Below, piece by piece: positions 1 through 12,893 of a stretch of 64,000 nt of DNA. The stretch covers positions 57,908,001 through 57,972,000 of the forward strand of contig OZ336880.1 of NCBI GenBank assembly GCA_965287045.1, read 5' to 3'. Made by a program: the position numbers and the translations under genes. The notes beneath the pieces were generated by a model. The model was not told where the DNA came from, ran no database searches, and was given only the letters and a program-made list of their open reading frames with translations. The DNA is from Carcharhinus amblyrhynchos. Taxonomy: Eukaryota. Numbering within the stretch: position 1 is the stretch's first letter; every line of letters starts with the position of its first letter.

Positions 1-331
1 CAACTTATTTAATTATAAAATGTTATTGCCAATCCAGTATGTGATTATAGCATATTCTGACTTTTGAGTTCCAGCAGAGCACCAGCCTCACTTCTATTTT
101 CATCACAGCGACATACGGTGATAAACCTCCATCATGTTAATGTAGTTTAACTTTGTGTGACGTCTGTTGTCCTTCTGAGGCTTTCCTTTCACTCAAGAAT
201 CTCCATTCAGTTACATCAGCAGTTAATGGCACTGAGTGGAAAATATTAGAGATCCAAAGAATGTAGTCCAAATTTATCAAGTCTCTCATCTATGTTCAAC
301 TATGATCAAACATATTAAATAAGAACACAAA

Positions 332-1404
332 GGGGGCAATCTTACCATCTCGCCCTGTTGGTCAAAGGGTGGAATGAGCCGATAATATCGCGAGAGAATG
401 GGAAAATTGGGTTCAAGCTCGATTTCTCACCTCTCGTGATCTTCCCAGCCCTGGATATCCAGTGAGATCAATCCCTCACCCAAAATGGGGTGATTATAAT
501 ATTTAAATTTAAATTCATCACTTGCCTTGGTGATGAAGGCCCTCACTGGCGAGGATCATGTATGGTCCCTATCAATCAGGACCTGTCGGACTGGAGGTCA
601 TTGCGGCTCTCCTGGGAGGTCAGGGGTGGGGTGGTGCCCCTTGGGTGGTGCCAGCTTAGCATGCCTGCCTGGCACTACCAGCCTGACATCCTGGCACTGT
701 CAACAATCACACTGGTAGGGTGTGTAGGGAAGGGGTGGGGTCTGAAGAGGGCAGGGCTTAAGGGGAGGCAGGGAGGGGCACTGAACACTCTACAATAAGG
801 AATGTGGGGGAAGACTCTGTGCACCCTGCATCTGGTGATCTTCAACAGAAAATAGCAATGAACTAGGATTGGATGAGGAAAAGAGTGAAGCGGGTAGGAC
901 AAGGAAGAGACAAGCATGGAGTAGAGGAGGTGGAGAAAATGAAGATATGGAGAAGGAAAGGTGAGCTGGAGCACTGGGCAGGATTCTATGTCCTCCCCAT
1001 CGTGTCTTTCTTGTGGCAGGAGATAGTGTGCCTTTGACTGGCGATGGGATTTTCTGGTCCCACCAAGTGATCAACCTTTTATGCGGGCGGAGGGGGGATC
1101 AGGTTGCTCGTGCAGGAGGGGAACAAACTGCTGCAGAGTCGATGGCGAGGGTGGGAAGCAGTGACAGCTCTCTCTATTCTGTGCTGTTGCACAAGAGCGG
1201 AGGGAACTGTGCGTGCATGACGGCGTCCTCTGCTAAAATGTGCAGCTTTCGGATGAGTTTAGGCCCTGCCCCTCCCCCTGCTGGCAGAAACAAATCTTGC
1301 TTAATTTTTTCCTCAGAGTGTGGCAAGATTGGATTTTTTGGCATGATTCTCTCTTGTTTTCATGCTCGTTCAGCACTTAGAATCTTTTTGTTAAGATTGC
1401 CTCC
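332..1404. mobile_element. Non-autonomous Harbinger-type DNA transposon (MITE) with terminal inverted repeats
   Basis: Left end GGGGGCAATCTTAC (332-345) and right end TTAAGATTGCCTCC (1391-1404) are near reverse complements, with AAA on both sides. The subterminal TTCAGCACTTAGAAT recurs at about 47469. Confidence 0.7.
845..1065 (-). repeat. Inverted copy of 2470-2700 lying inside the MITE
   Basis: The reverse complement aligns with 2470-2700. The ORF track shows the same peptide (PPLLHAxLFLVLPASxFSSSNPSSLLFS) on opposite strands. Confidence 0.9.
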
Positions 1405-1407
1405 AAA

Positions 1408-1667
1408 AAGTAGGAATTGGAGTAGGCCATATGGCCTGTCAAGCCTACTCTGCTATATCGTCAGAACAGGCAAATCTGACCTTTGCCTCAACCCCAAAAC
1501 AATTGACTCCCCTTAACATTAATAATCTGTCTCTGCCTTGAATATATTCAAAGACACAAGCTCTTCCTTTCCTTTGGGTAGAGAGTTTTAAAGATATTTA
1601 ACATTCTGAGAAGAGAAACTCCTCCACGGCTCCATCTTAAATAGGAAACCCCTTATTCTGAAACAAT
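1408..1667 (-). mobile_element. CR1/HER1 LINE 3' fragment, interrupted by a MITE and resuming near 2184
   Basis: Reverse complement of the CR1 tail (GGAGTAGGCCAT..CAAGCC) plus decayed ORF2 end. The element continues ATGCCCCCTAGTT after 2183. Confidence 0.65.
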
Positions 1668-2183
1668 GGACAGAATTTTACCATTTTCTTGCAGTGTGCG
1701 GCAGAAGGTGGGAAAGAAGGTACTGAAGCTATCTGCCCAAATGGCCGCTTTCTCCATTGTATCTTTAGGGGGATAGAATAAAAAATTGGAAAGGAGCCCA
1801 CCAGGCCAGCAACATAGCATTTTTAAAGGCCACACCAATGCACTAATGCTCAAATGGAAAACCCACCAAACCCCTGCATGATGTTATCCCCCTGCCCCCT
1901 GCCCCACCACGCACCTTTCCCCACCCCTGGCCCAAGCACTGTTCCCTGGCACAGTTCCTTGGCACTGCCAGCTGGTGCATGCTTTGAGAGACCAACTCAT
2001 GTCAACATGAATGGATAATTTAATGGGGTGGAATTACCAGGCACAGAAGTCTGGCACAGTGGGGTGGGAGGGGAATGTGGGATAAGCAATCATGATGAGA
2101 TGTTTCACTGATATAAAACACAATTTGGGCCTTCTGCGAGATTTTCCACTCCCTGGAATGAATGGATGTGGAAAATCCTGGCC
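1668..2183. mobile_element. Harbinger-type MITE
   Basis: TIRs GGACAGAATTTT and GAAAATCCTGGCC; it splits a CR1 fragment. Confidence 0.65.
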
Positions 2184-2352
2184 ATGCCCCCTAGTTGTTA
2201 AATGGGTGACTGCTTTGTTCTTCTACTCTATTGAATTGTTTACCATTGTTATTGATTGCCATTTTTCCAAAATTAATCCTTTTACCTTTTTATCTTATTT
2301 GCTCATCCCTCCTTTCCCTCTACTGTCCTGATCGAGAGTTTCTGTGCTTCTT

Positions 2353-2558
2353 GGCTGGAATTTTCTGGCTGTTTGTGCTAGCAGTACCTTCTGGTCCCGC
2401 TGACTGCGCACCTTCACTATAGTTTCCTAGCAGCATGGGATGGAATCAGTGGGAAATCCTATTAACATCAGTGGGACCAGAAAATCCCATCGCTAGTCAA
2501 AGACACATCATCTCCTGCCACAAGAAAGACACTGTGGGGAGGACAGAGAATCCTGCTC
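2353..2558. mobile_element. About 200-bp Harbinger-type MITE (family also at 60697-60903 and 61920-62093)
   Basis: TIRs GGCTGGAATTTTC and GAGAATCCTGCTC. The internal GGGAAATCC(C/T)ATT..CAG..GGGACCAGA motif is shared with the two other copies. Confidence 0.65.
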
Positions 2559-2699
2559 AATGCTCCAGCTCACCTTTCCTTCTCCATATCTTCATTTTCT
2601 CCACCTCTTCTTCACCTCCTCTACTCCATGCCCGTCTCTTCCTTGTCCTACCTGCTTCATTCTTTTCCTCATCCAATCCTAGTTCACTCCTATTTTCTG

Positions 2700-3420
2700 C
2701 ATTTGTTCTCCTTCCTATGTTTTATTCTCAATGTCTTATCTTTCACCTCTCTCTATTTCTTTTACTTCAGTCTGTGCTGTAAACTTTTTCCTCCTGTTCC
2801 TTCACATCTTCTTACCTCTCCATTTTTTCTTCTCTTTCCTTTCTTTCACTTTTACTTTCCCCTTTACTTTTGCCTACCTTTTTCCTATTCTCCTCTTTTT
2901 CTGCCTTGAGTAGTTCACAGCTTGTTCCTTCATTCTCTGCTCTGTCACTTCTCTTTACGTAAGTCTGTCAATTCTTTCCTCATTTTCTTCACTATGACAA
3001 ATAAAAAGTCAAGAAAGAAAAATAATGGATAAGTGACTTGAAATATGGATAAGTGACTTGAAATATGGATTTGCCTTGATCTAATGGAATGGTTAAACAG
3101 GTTTAAGACTCTGAATACCCTATTCCAGTGTATCCTGAGTTATAACTTCTCTGCCGCTATAATTTTGTTTTCCTTATCCTTTATTATCCAATATTTTTCT
3201 TAACTGTTCCATCTTCCCTTTTCTTTATCATGTCCATCGTCTTTCCCTCCCTTTCTTTAACTTCCTGTTTCATTTTATCTTCCTTGTCTTTGTCCCAGTG
3301 CCTCTTCTTCAGTTATTTTTATGTTTCTTTTGTGTGACTTCATTTCATTTTCTTATTTCTTCCCTTCTTACTTTTCTATTTTAACCTTGTTTCCTATTCC
3401 TTCCCATTTATTTCTGCAAC
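2700..3420 (+). repeat. Pyrimidine-rich low-complexity tract, including a 20-bp tandem duplication at about 3025-3070
   Basis: Long C/T-rich stretches; TGGATAAGTGACTTGAAATA occurs twice in tandem. Confidence 0.8.
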
Positions 3421-4049
3421 AGTTCTCCAGCTTTGCTTGCTGCAGTGTCTGCACAATCTCATGGGAATCTCTGCAAGGGGTTGGGGTGCAGGAGTGGGGT
3501 GCAGCGGTGGGATGGCATATTAAAATATCATTGGGAAGTTTAGAGTTACAGACCACAAAAGCAGCAGGGAGAGATTGGAATAAACCAGGCCAGGGTTTTC
3601 TCGTTCAGGGATCCTTCAGAGAATTGTAACCATGGGATTTAAATTAAGAGGCAGACAAATAAACTCCAGCAGACAGACTCCTGGGCATGTTACGGCAGAA
3701 AGGGGAATGCTTGTGCTGTGACTTCTGTGAGCTCTAATGCTGAAGGCAGTCACCGTGGCTCCTGAGAATTTTACTCCAGGGGAAAGACAGATTTAATACA
3801 AGCTTTGCTAGCTTGTTTACTAGTGAAGAATGTGTGGGCCATTGGGCAGATTACCTTGCATTGCAATTGTTAACAGCTCCAGTAAGATGTAGTCTTAAGA
3901 ATTTTTTTAACCAAATTTATTGATGGGTTGGAGATGCTTTGACGTGTTGCTATTATTTTTAGAAACATACAGTACAGTGGATGAGGAACTATAATGTTTT
4001 CTGTGCCTCATAAAATGTGCTTTTATTGAAATACTGGAGTAGAATATTT

Positions 4050-4410
4050 TGAACAGAAAGTAGAGAAAATAAGAGCAGGAATAGACCATTCAGCCTTTTG
4101 AGCTTGTTCCGCCATTCATTATGATCATAGCTGATTATCCAGTTCAGTAACCTGTTTCCATCTTCCACCATATCTTTTGATCCTATTTGCTCCAAGAGTT
4201 ATATCTAACCTCTTCTTGAAGACATACAATGTTTTGGCCACAACTTTTTTCTGTGATAATGAATTCCACAGGCTCACCACCCAGTGGGTGAACAAATTTT
4301 TCCTCATCTCAGTCAGAATGTTATACCCCATATCCTCCCCTGGTTCTGGACTCCCCCACCCTCAGGAACATCCTTCCTGCATCTCTCCTGTCAAGTCCTG
4401 TTAGAATGTT
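4050..4410 (-). mobile_element. CR1/HER1 LINE 3' fragment
   Basis: Minus-strand peptide MRKNLFTHWVVSLWNSLSQKKVVAKTLYVFKKRLD is the CR1 ORF2 C-terminus, followed by the tail. Confidence 0.85.
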
Positions 4411-4627
4411 ATATGTATAAATGTGGGAGCTTCATCAGCATTTGGACTGCAGGGCCTGTGGAGAAAGCCCATTAGGGCAATGAATGTGCATTTAGTGGCA
4501 TTGCCCACATCCTGGGAATGAATTTTAAATATTTTACAAAATTGAACAGTGAATGCGAAAAATAACGATTAGATAAAGGGAAAAAATACAAGGTGCTGAG
4601 TTTTTGCATTTAGGACAGAAATCAGGA

Positions 4628-5246
4628 GGGGGGCTGATTCCAGTTTATCTTCCCACCATTGTTGCCAGGGGATGGGGCTGTCACAAGGTCAGGGTCTCGA
4701 TGACCTCAGAGAAAAGGTCTGCTTTCCTGAGAAGAGGGGCATTGTTGGTGAATGGGAATCAAGGTGGGATTTCTGAGAAACATACCATATTCTAGCCTGA
4801 CTTAATGACCATTGTTGTGACTACTGGTTGGTGAGTGGTCTTTAGAAGCTGAGAGGATCTTCATCATCAAAGTGGCCAGGGTAAATGGTGAGCTGAGAAT
4901 CAAGTTGGTTAGTAACATTTCATTGATGCTCAGTAGTTTCTTTATCCAAACTTGCACTACTTTTCATTAAATTGGACAGTTTCATTCGTGTCACTTGTAT
5001 TCCGGCCAGACTATCCACAGAGTGCTAAAAGCTTCCTGAAGATCTTCGGGTGTCAGAAGGTGAGCTCTTAATGAGACACCCACACTTAATAAGGTGGGTG
5101 ACTTCAGTTTTCTGCCTCCACACCATGTAACCACCACCCCCCCACCCCCCGCGCCCCCACCCATATCCCCACCACACTTCTCCCATCCTCAGAAAAGTCA
5201 GCCAAGCTTTTCCATCCTGCTTCCATTAACCTGAAAATCTGGCCCC
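4628..5246. mobile_element. Harbinger-type MITE
   Basis: Ends GGGGGCTGATTCC and GAAAATCTGGCCCC. Confidence 0.5.
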
Positions 5247-6289
5247 GTAGATGTTACCAATAACTGAACAGCAAAAGTAATGTTTGGCACTCAGCAGCAT
5301 TGACAGGACTACCTGACAGTCATTTTATCATAAAGACATTACATAGTTTACTTGAAGCCAACTGAAAAAACAAAATTGATCAGAGATTGGTTAAATGCAT
5401 TCCCACATTCGAATCGTCTAATTGCAAATGCTACTGCAGTGCACAAATTCTCTAAGATGATTCCAAGAAGAATTTATTGTATTTCACCTTATTTAATATA
5501 ATTCTGTAGGACTCTTAAAAATCTCATGGAGTTTTTAGCAAAGCAGTTCTGTAAGTCCGACGCAAAATGGCTTTTCCAATTTTCCCAATTAATCCTATGA
5601 AGTGGATGGTATTAAATTGCACTAGTTCAATCAATGCTCCATATCTTCAGTTATTATCAACAACTGGACGAGATTAGTTTTAGGAATGTTCACTATTTTA
5701 GTACGTGACTTACCTTAAAACCAGTATCCAGAGATTACTATCTAAAATTTCCATTAAGCCTGGTAGTAGATGTGGGAATCACAATTCGTGATTACCCCAT
5801 ATCCAACTAAGGGGGTAACAGCACACAAACTTCATGCTGCCTGCTCATCACCATGATTTGGACATGCAACCCAGCATGAAATGTACTGTTGACTTGTTGA
5901 TGGTTAGCATGGATTATAACTAGCCATGCATCACTTAAAGGCAACCCACCCCTTTTAAAGGGAAGTGCATTCATTCTGCACCAGCTTGTGGAACATGCCA
6001 TGAATTACACTGAGGGAAGAGAAGGGATTACCAATGAAGGAACAACCAGAGAAATTGTTACCCCAGGTTCCCTGATGTGACATTGAAGGCCTTATTCTAG
6101 GAGATCAAAAGAAGATGAGGAATTTCTTAGGTCCCCAGGAGGCTCTCAAAGTATAGCCTGCAAAATGAATGGGTAGTCAGGAAGGTGACTTACAGGAATC
6201 TGACCCAGAGATTTTGGTTGCAATTCCACAAAAATTTTCAATGACCTCAAATGAGTAATCAAGTTTAATGAGTGCAATTTGCAATGCCA

Positions 6290-6800
6290 TCCAATTGCTG
6301 GCTCAACATTGTGCCTCAATACTGCTGGAATGACTGACTGATACAGGATGAAAGCATCGTGGCTTCTGTCAGAATAACGGACATTGACATGATTCACTGC
6401 GGTTGGTCACACCACAGACTAAAGCAATGATATTCTTCCTGATTGTGATGCATCTCCATATGAAAATATAGCATTTACAGAGCCACATGAGTAATTAATT
6501 GATGGCTCCCTGCTGCACTGAGAACCATAAAGACCTAACAAAGCCATGTGCTAACTCCTTCTGCTTCCCTCTTATTAGGAACATGACCACGAAGTCTTCT
6601 CTCCTCGCACACAGGCCTTTGTTAACTCCATGATGCACCAATTAATGACAAATTGGCCATGTAGCTGCCTGCTGCCTAGAAGGATCTACTTGTGTAGAAA
6701 TTGAAGGCCACAGTGATTTAATGACATCATTATCCTGCTATGCAATTGCAGTTTCTGGTGAAAGCATTCAGTAACCACCTTCTTAATAAACTGTTGCTAC
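6290..6800 (-). pseudogene. Decayed PIF/Harbinger (HARBI1-like) DDE transposase fragment
   Basis: Minus-strand motifs occur in the expected order across frameshifts: TVAFNFYTSRSF (cf. VALNFYASGSFQ), QGAIN..THVAL (cf. GAIDCTHV), HVNVRYSDRSHDAFILYQSVIP..GW (cf. ARYPGSxHDAFILxxS). Confidence 0.8.
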
Positions 6801-7764
6801 CTACGTTTGACTGGCATGGAAACAGAAGAAGGGCTGCCTAAAGACATTTTGTGGATAGGATCTTCTATTGAGAGCCCTTCTTTTCCTCCCTCAATGCACA
6901 GCTTACCCTCTTTTTTGTCTGAACTCCATAGGGAAGTCCTCTGAATTCTTTTTCAAAACCCAGCATCATTCTCTGCTGACAGCAACACCTTTTCAGAACT
7001 CCTCCAGCAACACTCAACACCATCACTCTGCAGCAGTCAACTTCTGTCCTTTGAAACCTCTCTCCTATGCACCTGTTACCCTGGATTTCAAATTAACCCC
7101 ATTTACTCCAGTGACTGTTGGGGGGAAAAATTACTAAGTGCAAAATTAAGCTCTGTAACGCTGGTGATGGCAGGTGTTGTGATACGATGTACATCTATCT
7201 TTAAGAAGGCATATCTTAAACTGATGTCAATCACTGCCACCAAGAAAGGTTGTGAAAGGATCTCCCCTGACTGTACTCAGAATACAGCAATATGTGGCTA
7301 CACGGTCTCTCGGTTTACACGATGAATATAGTTTTATCTTCTGACATTTTTTTTACCAATTCCTATAGTATGATTGGCATGTCAGTGTTGAATAGAAGAT
7401 TTATCAAATGACAGTGTAGTTTTTGAAGGTTTGATTGAGATGCATAATCATCTTCAAACCTTTCACTTGCATCAGAAGAACTGATGTGGAAGTGAGACAA
7501 CAGTTAAGTTCTAACTCACGCTGCGTAAGTTATTGTGCAGAAGTGGAGGGATCCTACATACGTAGTTTCATTCTGGGATATCATACCTCGCTCCAGCCAG
7601 TCAGCACCAGGTTCTAGTAATATTGTTCAAATTTTGGGGAGCTTAATTAGAATAAGTCTACCTGCTGCAAAGTTAAATAATTAATGAATCAATACTGGAG
7701 GATCTGGCTCCAATCAGAACTCCAAAGAGTGAGGAATTTGTTGCTGCTGCTTCGTATCCCCTCA

Positions 7765-7838
7765 GTGAGAAGTCTCACAGCACCAGGTCAAAGTCCAACA
7801 GGTTTATTTGGAATCAAAGCTTTCAGAGTGCTGCTCCC
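7765..7838. mobile_element. Short Penelope-like terminal-repeat fragment
   Basis: AAGTCTCACAGCACCAGGTCAAAGTCCAACAGGTTTATTTGG matches the repeats at 23815 and 24440-24490. Confidence 0.65.
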
Positions 7839-8995
7839 AGGATGGAGACATCTCCACCTCATACTATCCCTTCAGGAGGTGGATGGGGTGGAACACTGGG
7901 ACATGGGGGGAGTGCTTAAACTTTGGGAACTGGCCTGGGAAGAATAGTCCACTCAGTAATAGCTCCCAAAAACTCCTAATAGCCAGAGAAAGCTACAATT
8001 ATTACTTTTTTGCTCTTTAAGATTTCCCTTTGGACCCTTCCATTTTCATGCCAAAAATCTATATTTTGTGAACAGAGCTTCAGTGAGCACAGGAAAGCAG
8101 AAACAGTCCAACAGTACCAACTATGACAAGACAGTTCACAAGCTGTTCAACAGAGGTACAGCAAATCAGAAAGCCGCAGAAAAACCATTTGGGCCACCAA
8201 ATGCATGAATATTTATTCCCCTTCCAGATGATTTTAATAATCCAGCAAAAAGGATGACTACAACATTTCTAACACTCCATTAATAGGCAATGGAACTCCT
8301 GTCTGAGGTTATTTTATTCCGATAATGTGTAAGGCTAGGTTTTCTTGGCCTCAATATTTCTAAACCAGACAAACAACCGGCAATATTTCCAAACAAACTG
8401 CAATATTTCCAAACCAGACAAACAACCATAAGCAATGAAGATCTCTACAGATTGGACACATCAGGACTGTCAGGTGATGACCTTAAAAATCCAGATAAAA
8501 TATGGTCAACAATCAAAGTTCAATTATGAGTAAAGCTCAACTTCCATATGCACAGTGCTGAATCCATGCCTTTTTGGCAAGTATCAATAGAGACCAGGCT
8601 GGCCAGTGCACCGAGCATCTGTGTATGCATTTCCATCAGTGATCTCCCATATGCCACTTCATCAAAGTTCACACTGGAATTCTAACTGAAGGTCTAATCT
8701 GAGACCTCACCCTTCAGGAGCTGCTGCACTTGGTATGCTTTTCCCTGGCCCTGCTGCAGTTCCCTCATGCTCAGTGATTTACCAGTGTGAGAGATTGGTG
8801 GTGCAGTGATCATGACGCATCATTGGAAACTGCATTCACTGACCTTAATTACTGAATAGTATAAAGGTGTTCGGCATAGCCAGAGTTAATGTGTGACTGG
8901 GTGAAAAATATACCCACATTGTGATATAGTGAGACACTTGATGATAGACTGCATGTAGAGAGAGTTTGAGAGGAATTGGCATAATGATAGCACTT

Positions 8996-9452
8996 AGAGT
9001 CATAGAGGTTTACACCATGGAATCATGTCCTTCGGTTCAACTTATCCATGCCGCCCCTTTTTTAAGCAACTCAGTTAGTTCCAATTGCCTGTGTTTGGCC
9101 CATATCCCTCTATCCCCATCCTACCCATCTAATTGTCTAAATGCTTTTTAAAAGACAAACTGTACCTGCCTGTACTATTTATTATCTCTGGCAGCTTGTT
9201 CCAGACACTCACCAACCCCTGTATAAAAAAATTGCTCCTCTGGACCCTTTTGTATCTGTCCCCTCTCACCCCTTTCAAACTGTGCCTTCTAGTTTTAGAC
9301 TCCCCTACATTTGGGAAAAGATACTGACTATCTCACTGATCCAGGCCTCTCATTATTTATAGACCTCTGTAAGATCACCCCAAGCCTCCCATGCTCCAGA
9401 GAAAAAAGTCCCCGTCTATCCAGACTCTATAGAGGCTGGATAGACTGGGACT
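8996..9452 (-). mobile_element. CR1/HER1 3' fragment inserted in the LTR, ending in a fold-back hairpin
   Basis: Reverse complement of the same subfamily as 34990-35415. Inverted repeat at 9407-9452. Confidence 0.85.
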
Positions 9453-10404
9453 TAAATAGAACAATAATTTGGAGGTATCTATAAAGTTGTGTGTTAACAA
9501 TAAATAGTTTATCAATTGCATGAGCCTCCAGACCTCTTAGTGAGATGCCAAACAATCTTACAACATGATGGCAGCTGATGAATGGACCCAGAACCCCAGA
9601 GAAGCTGGGAAAGGACCCAAAATCTGAAAACCTGGAGGAACGGTATCCTGACCTGACTGAAATGTACCTGAACTGAAAATAGAGCTGGAGCTTACCTTAA
9701 AAGAAGCTCCACTAAAGATGTGAAAGTTGGAAGGGTAGAAGAAAAAATCCATGGTGCAGCTAAAAGGACTTCACTGGAGCTCGTGGAGATCTATTGTGAG
9801 TCCCCATCGATTGGAGAGTCAAAGGATCTAATCAGATCGCAAGGGTGAACAAAAAAATAAATCCAGTACAAAGGCTAAGCTAGTCTTTTGCAGAATTCAG
9901 GGCATTGCCCAGGCAATGCAACATGTTTCTTTAATGAACATGGCCAGCCAACCTGGGTCCAGACTTGGCACCAGACCGTGTAGCAGCAGAGCACCTTTCA
10001 AAATAAAAGCCGTTGTGCAACTTCAGAGCCAGGAGTCACCTTTTAATTGGCTTATAATTCCCCAAAGCTTTTTATTTGAAGATTCGCAACAAAAAAATCA
10101 ATCCCTCTGCAATCAGGCCCATGATCGCCACAAGAACACATCAAAACCCAACAAGAGTGGGATAAAACAGACACAACATTTAAAATTATACTCTCCTGTT
10201 CTGAAAAACAGTCAGGGGTAATAAATCAACCTGACCAGATCAATTTGGGCAGATACAAGTACCAGACCAGGTGCAGAATTGGGGGTTTTGGTGAAAATGA
10301 TTTTCACGATACGTGACAACTTCAGAATAAAGACAGAGACTGAACAAGTGAATCCACCACTGTACTGACAGGTCCGAAAGCCAATGAACTCATTACTAAT
10401 TACT

Positions 10405-10652
10405 CATATAGTTGCAACCACACTTCACTACTTTTTTTTCTCTATTCCTTGAGCAATAAATAACAAAATTCCATTTGCTTGTTGTACCTAAATACAAGTT
10501 TTCTGTGATTCATGCGTGAGGACACACAGATCTCTCTGTACTGAAGCAGTCTGAAGTCTCTCTCCATTTGAATAATCAGTTGCCTTTCTGTTTTTCCAAC
10601 CAAATTGGGTAACCATACACTTATCTACGTTAAACTCCATCTGCCAAGTTGC
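10405..10652 (-). mobile_element. CR1 reverse-transcriptase fragment within the Gypsy element
   Basis: AAACTCCATCTGCCA is the reverse complement of WQMEF; it is followed by LCVL.HESQK-like codons. Confidence 0.7.
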
Positions 10653-11239
10653 AGACATTGCGCAGGTGTAGAGCAGGAAGGCTTCACTGTGATGGAGGAT
10701 CTGCTAATATATAATGAGCGGTTAGTCATTCCAGTCTCCCTTCAGCCAGAAATTCTTCAAAGAATCCATCAAGACCACTTGGGCATGACAAAGAGCAGAG
10801 GCTGGGCCTAGTCTGCAGTGGGGTGGCTGAGACTATCAAGGACAATTGAAGGTACCATCTCAAGCTGCACAAGTTAGTCCAGAGGGAGTCTGTTATCCTT
10901 ACACAATTCCCTGCTGGGCTAGGGGAATGGTTGGGAATGGATTCATTCATGTTTAATGGCAGCTCCTTCCTCAATATAGTTTATTATTTATCCTGATGGA
11001 AATGAAGCAGGTACATATGATAACCACAAAAATGGTTGATAGATCTTTGAAGTAAGTGTTTGTGACCCATGGCATCCTGGACCAGGTAAAGTTTGATAAT
11101 GGGATTGGCAGTCAAGCACTACTGAAAGGTTTAGGAGTAAGATCATTCAGATGGGCAGACACAGGCTACAATAAGAGATACTACACCAGAAACCTGCCCC
11201 AATTACACAAAGGTGTCAAAGTTTATGATGAGGCAGTTT

Positions 11240-12490
11240 GCACCTCAAATCTATACAGCTGTGAATTTATTTGAAAGCCTTGCTTGATATTCCATAGAGG
11301 TGGACACTGTCTCGATGGTAGACATCCTCTCAAAAATCTCTGCACCAGTGATCAAGTTCACTCCTCCACTCTCTCCACTATCTTGGAAACTGTGAGTGGC
11401 ATTTTTATCGGTACCTGGAGAAGTTGCTGATGCCCCTCTGGCATTGTACTTCTCAACAACTATTCTCAAGGTTCAGGTATTGTGTTCAACCAAGTAAAGC
11501 TCAGAGGGGTATGCAACCTGACAGGGACTCTCCACAGTTCTCTCTGCCACCTGCCTCTTCTTGTGCTCACTTGCCAGGTCAAAGCCCAACGACTGTCTAA
11601 TTGTGTCCACTGAAGTGTGAGTATTTGAGTCGCTGCATGGCTGTGGGTCCTATGATGGAATAAGTCCTCTGAGGAATCATCCTCTTCCATGGCCAGTGAC
11701 ATTTGCTGCAGATATCAAAGTCCTAGTAGACAAAAGAAAGGAAGATGAATTACTTGTGGCAAAGTCACAAACATTGCAGTCACCAAGCTCAGTCTTCTCA
11801 CATTTCATTCATTGATTAAATGAAATCAGCAAACATGAGTCAAAAATAGTTGTAATTCTATCACCAACTCTCTGCAAGCTCTCTGCCTCTTCATCTCCGA
11901 CTGAGAGAGACAAAGATGTGTCACCTCTTTCCTCAGCAGCCAGCACTGTCAGAGCCCACCTTCAGCCCCTGTCCATTCCACTTACATTTTACACTTTCTT
12001 GTCCTATGAAGTGTGAAAAAAAACAGACATCTGAATAAATGAAGGTCAATATTTACCCAATGGATGCAGTTTATTCAGCAAATGTGGGTATGAAACAGAT
12101 GCATCACATAAGGCTTGGCATGAGTGTCAACAGTGGATGGATAATGAGCAAGTGATGAAGTGCTTAGAAGTTGAAAGCTGAATGTTGCTGAAAATTTACT
12201 GGGTGTGAGGAGTAATGTGATGAACATTTAGCAAGACACAGTACAGAGGGGAGGCTGAAAGTGCAGAATGTGGATGAATCAATACTGTGCACTAATTTTT
12301 CTGATCTGTTTAGGACATTAAATAAGTTTGCACAGTGTATCCAATACTCAGTGCTTCATGTTCACCTTCCTGGTTACCTCCAGCTTTGAGAACTGCAGGT
12401 TTCTTTGTCTCATTGCAAGGTAAAAACTATGTCCTGCTTGCAACCAGCAACAGGAGCATCACTGAATCTGGGTGCTTCCCTTTCTCTTTA
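11240..12490 (-). pseudogene. Decayed Harbinger Myb/SANT-like DNA-binding partner gene
   Basis: The minus strand near 12300-12480 gives APRFSDA...EVTRKVN...FNVLNRS, resembling the intact-looking copy at 39207. A low-complexity or coiled C-terminal ORF lies at 11251-11469. Confidence 0.55.
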
Positions 12491-12512
12491 GGCATCTATT
12501 CTAAACACCAAG

Positions 12513-12893
12513 GGGCAGCATGGTGTCAGAGTAGTCAGTCAGCACAGTGGCACAGTGGTTAGCACTGCTGCCTCACAGTGCTAGAGATCGAGTTCAATTT
12601 CGACCTTGTGTGAATGTCTGTATGGAGTTTGTACATTTTCCTGGTGTCTGTGTGGATTTCCTCTGGATGCACCAGTTTCCTCCCACAGTCCAAAGATGTG
12701 CAGGTTAGGTTAGGTGGACTGCCCATGTTAAATCATCCCATAGTGTCCCAAGATGTGTAGGTTAGGGAGATTATTGGGGTAAATGCGTGGGGTTGTGGGG
12801 ATATGGCAGGGAGTGGGCCTGGGTAAGATGCTCTGTGGAAGAGTTGGTGGAGGCTCATTGGGCCGAATGACCTCCTTCTGCGCTGTAGGGGTT
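12513..12893 (+). mobile_element. HE1-type tRNA-derived SINE, full length with CR1 tail
   Basis: A-box GGCACAGTGGTTAGCACTGCTGCCTCACAG, B-box GAGTTCAATTTC, core GTTTCCTCCCACAGTCCAAAGATGTG, tail GGGCCGAATGACCTCCTTCTG. Confidence 0.9.

Larger units (their letters stand above)
8920..11230 (+). mobile_element. Decayed Gypsy LTR retrotransposon: 5' LTR about 8920-9565, PBS-like 9566-9575, gag remnant about 10270-10400, pol/integrase about 10655-11230
   Basis: TG...CA segment followed by TGATGGCAGC (PBS-like). Pol peptides DLLIYNERLVIPVSLQPEILQRIHQDHLGMTK (integrase zinc-finger region), GMDSFMFNG and FVTHGILDQVKFDNG (integrase core). The LTR assignment is less certain than pol. Confidence 0.7.

Noticed and set aside
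5709-5760. Possible 46-nt minus-strand exon with an AAG|GTAAGT donor
   Set aside because: Weak acceptor, unrecognised peptide, and next to Harbinger remains.
8000-8700. Possible Gypsy gag/protease remnant with short tandem duplications at about 8352-8428
   Set aside because: Too decayed to assign; there is no intact protease motif.
12541-12610. tRNA-like A/B boxes here and in other copies
   Set aside because: These are SINE heads followed by the HE1 core, not tRNA genes.
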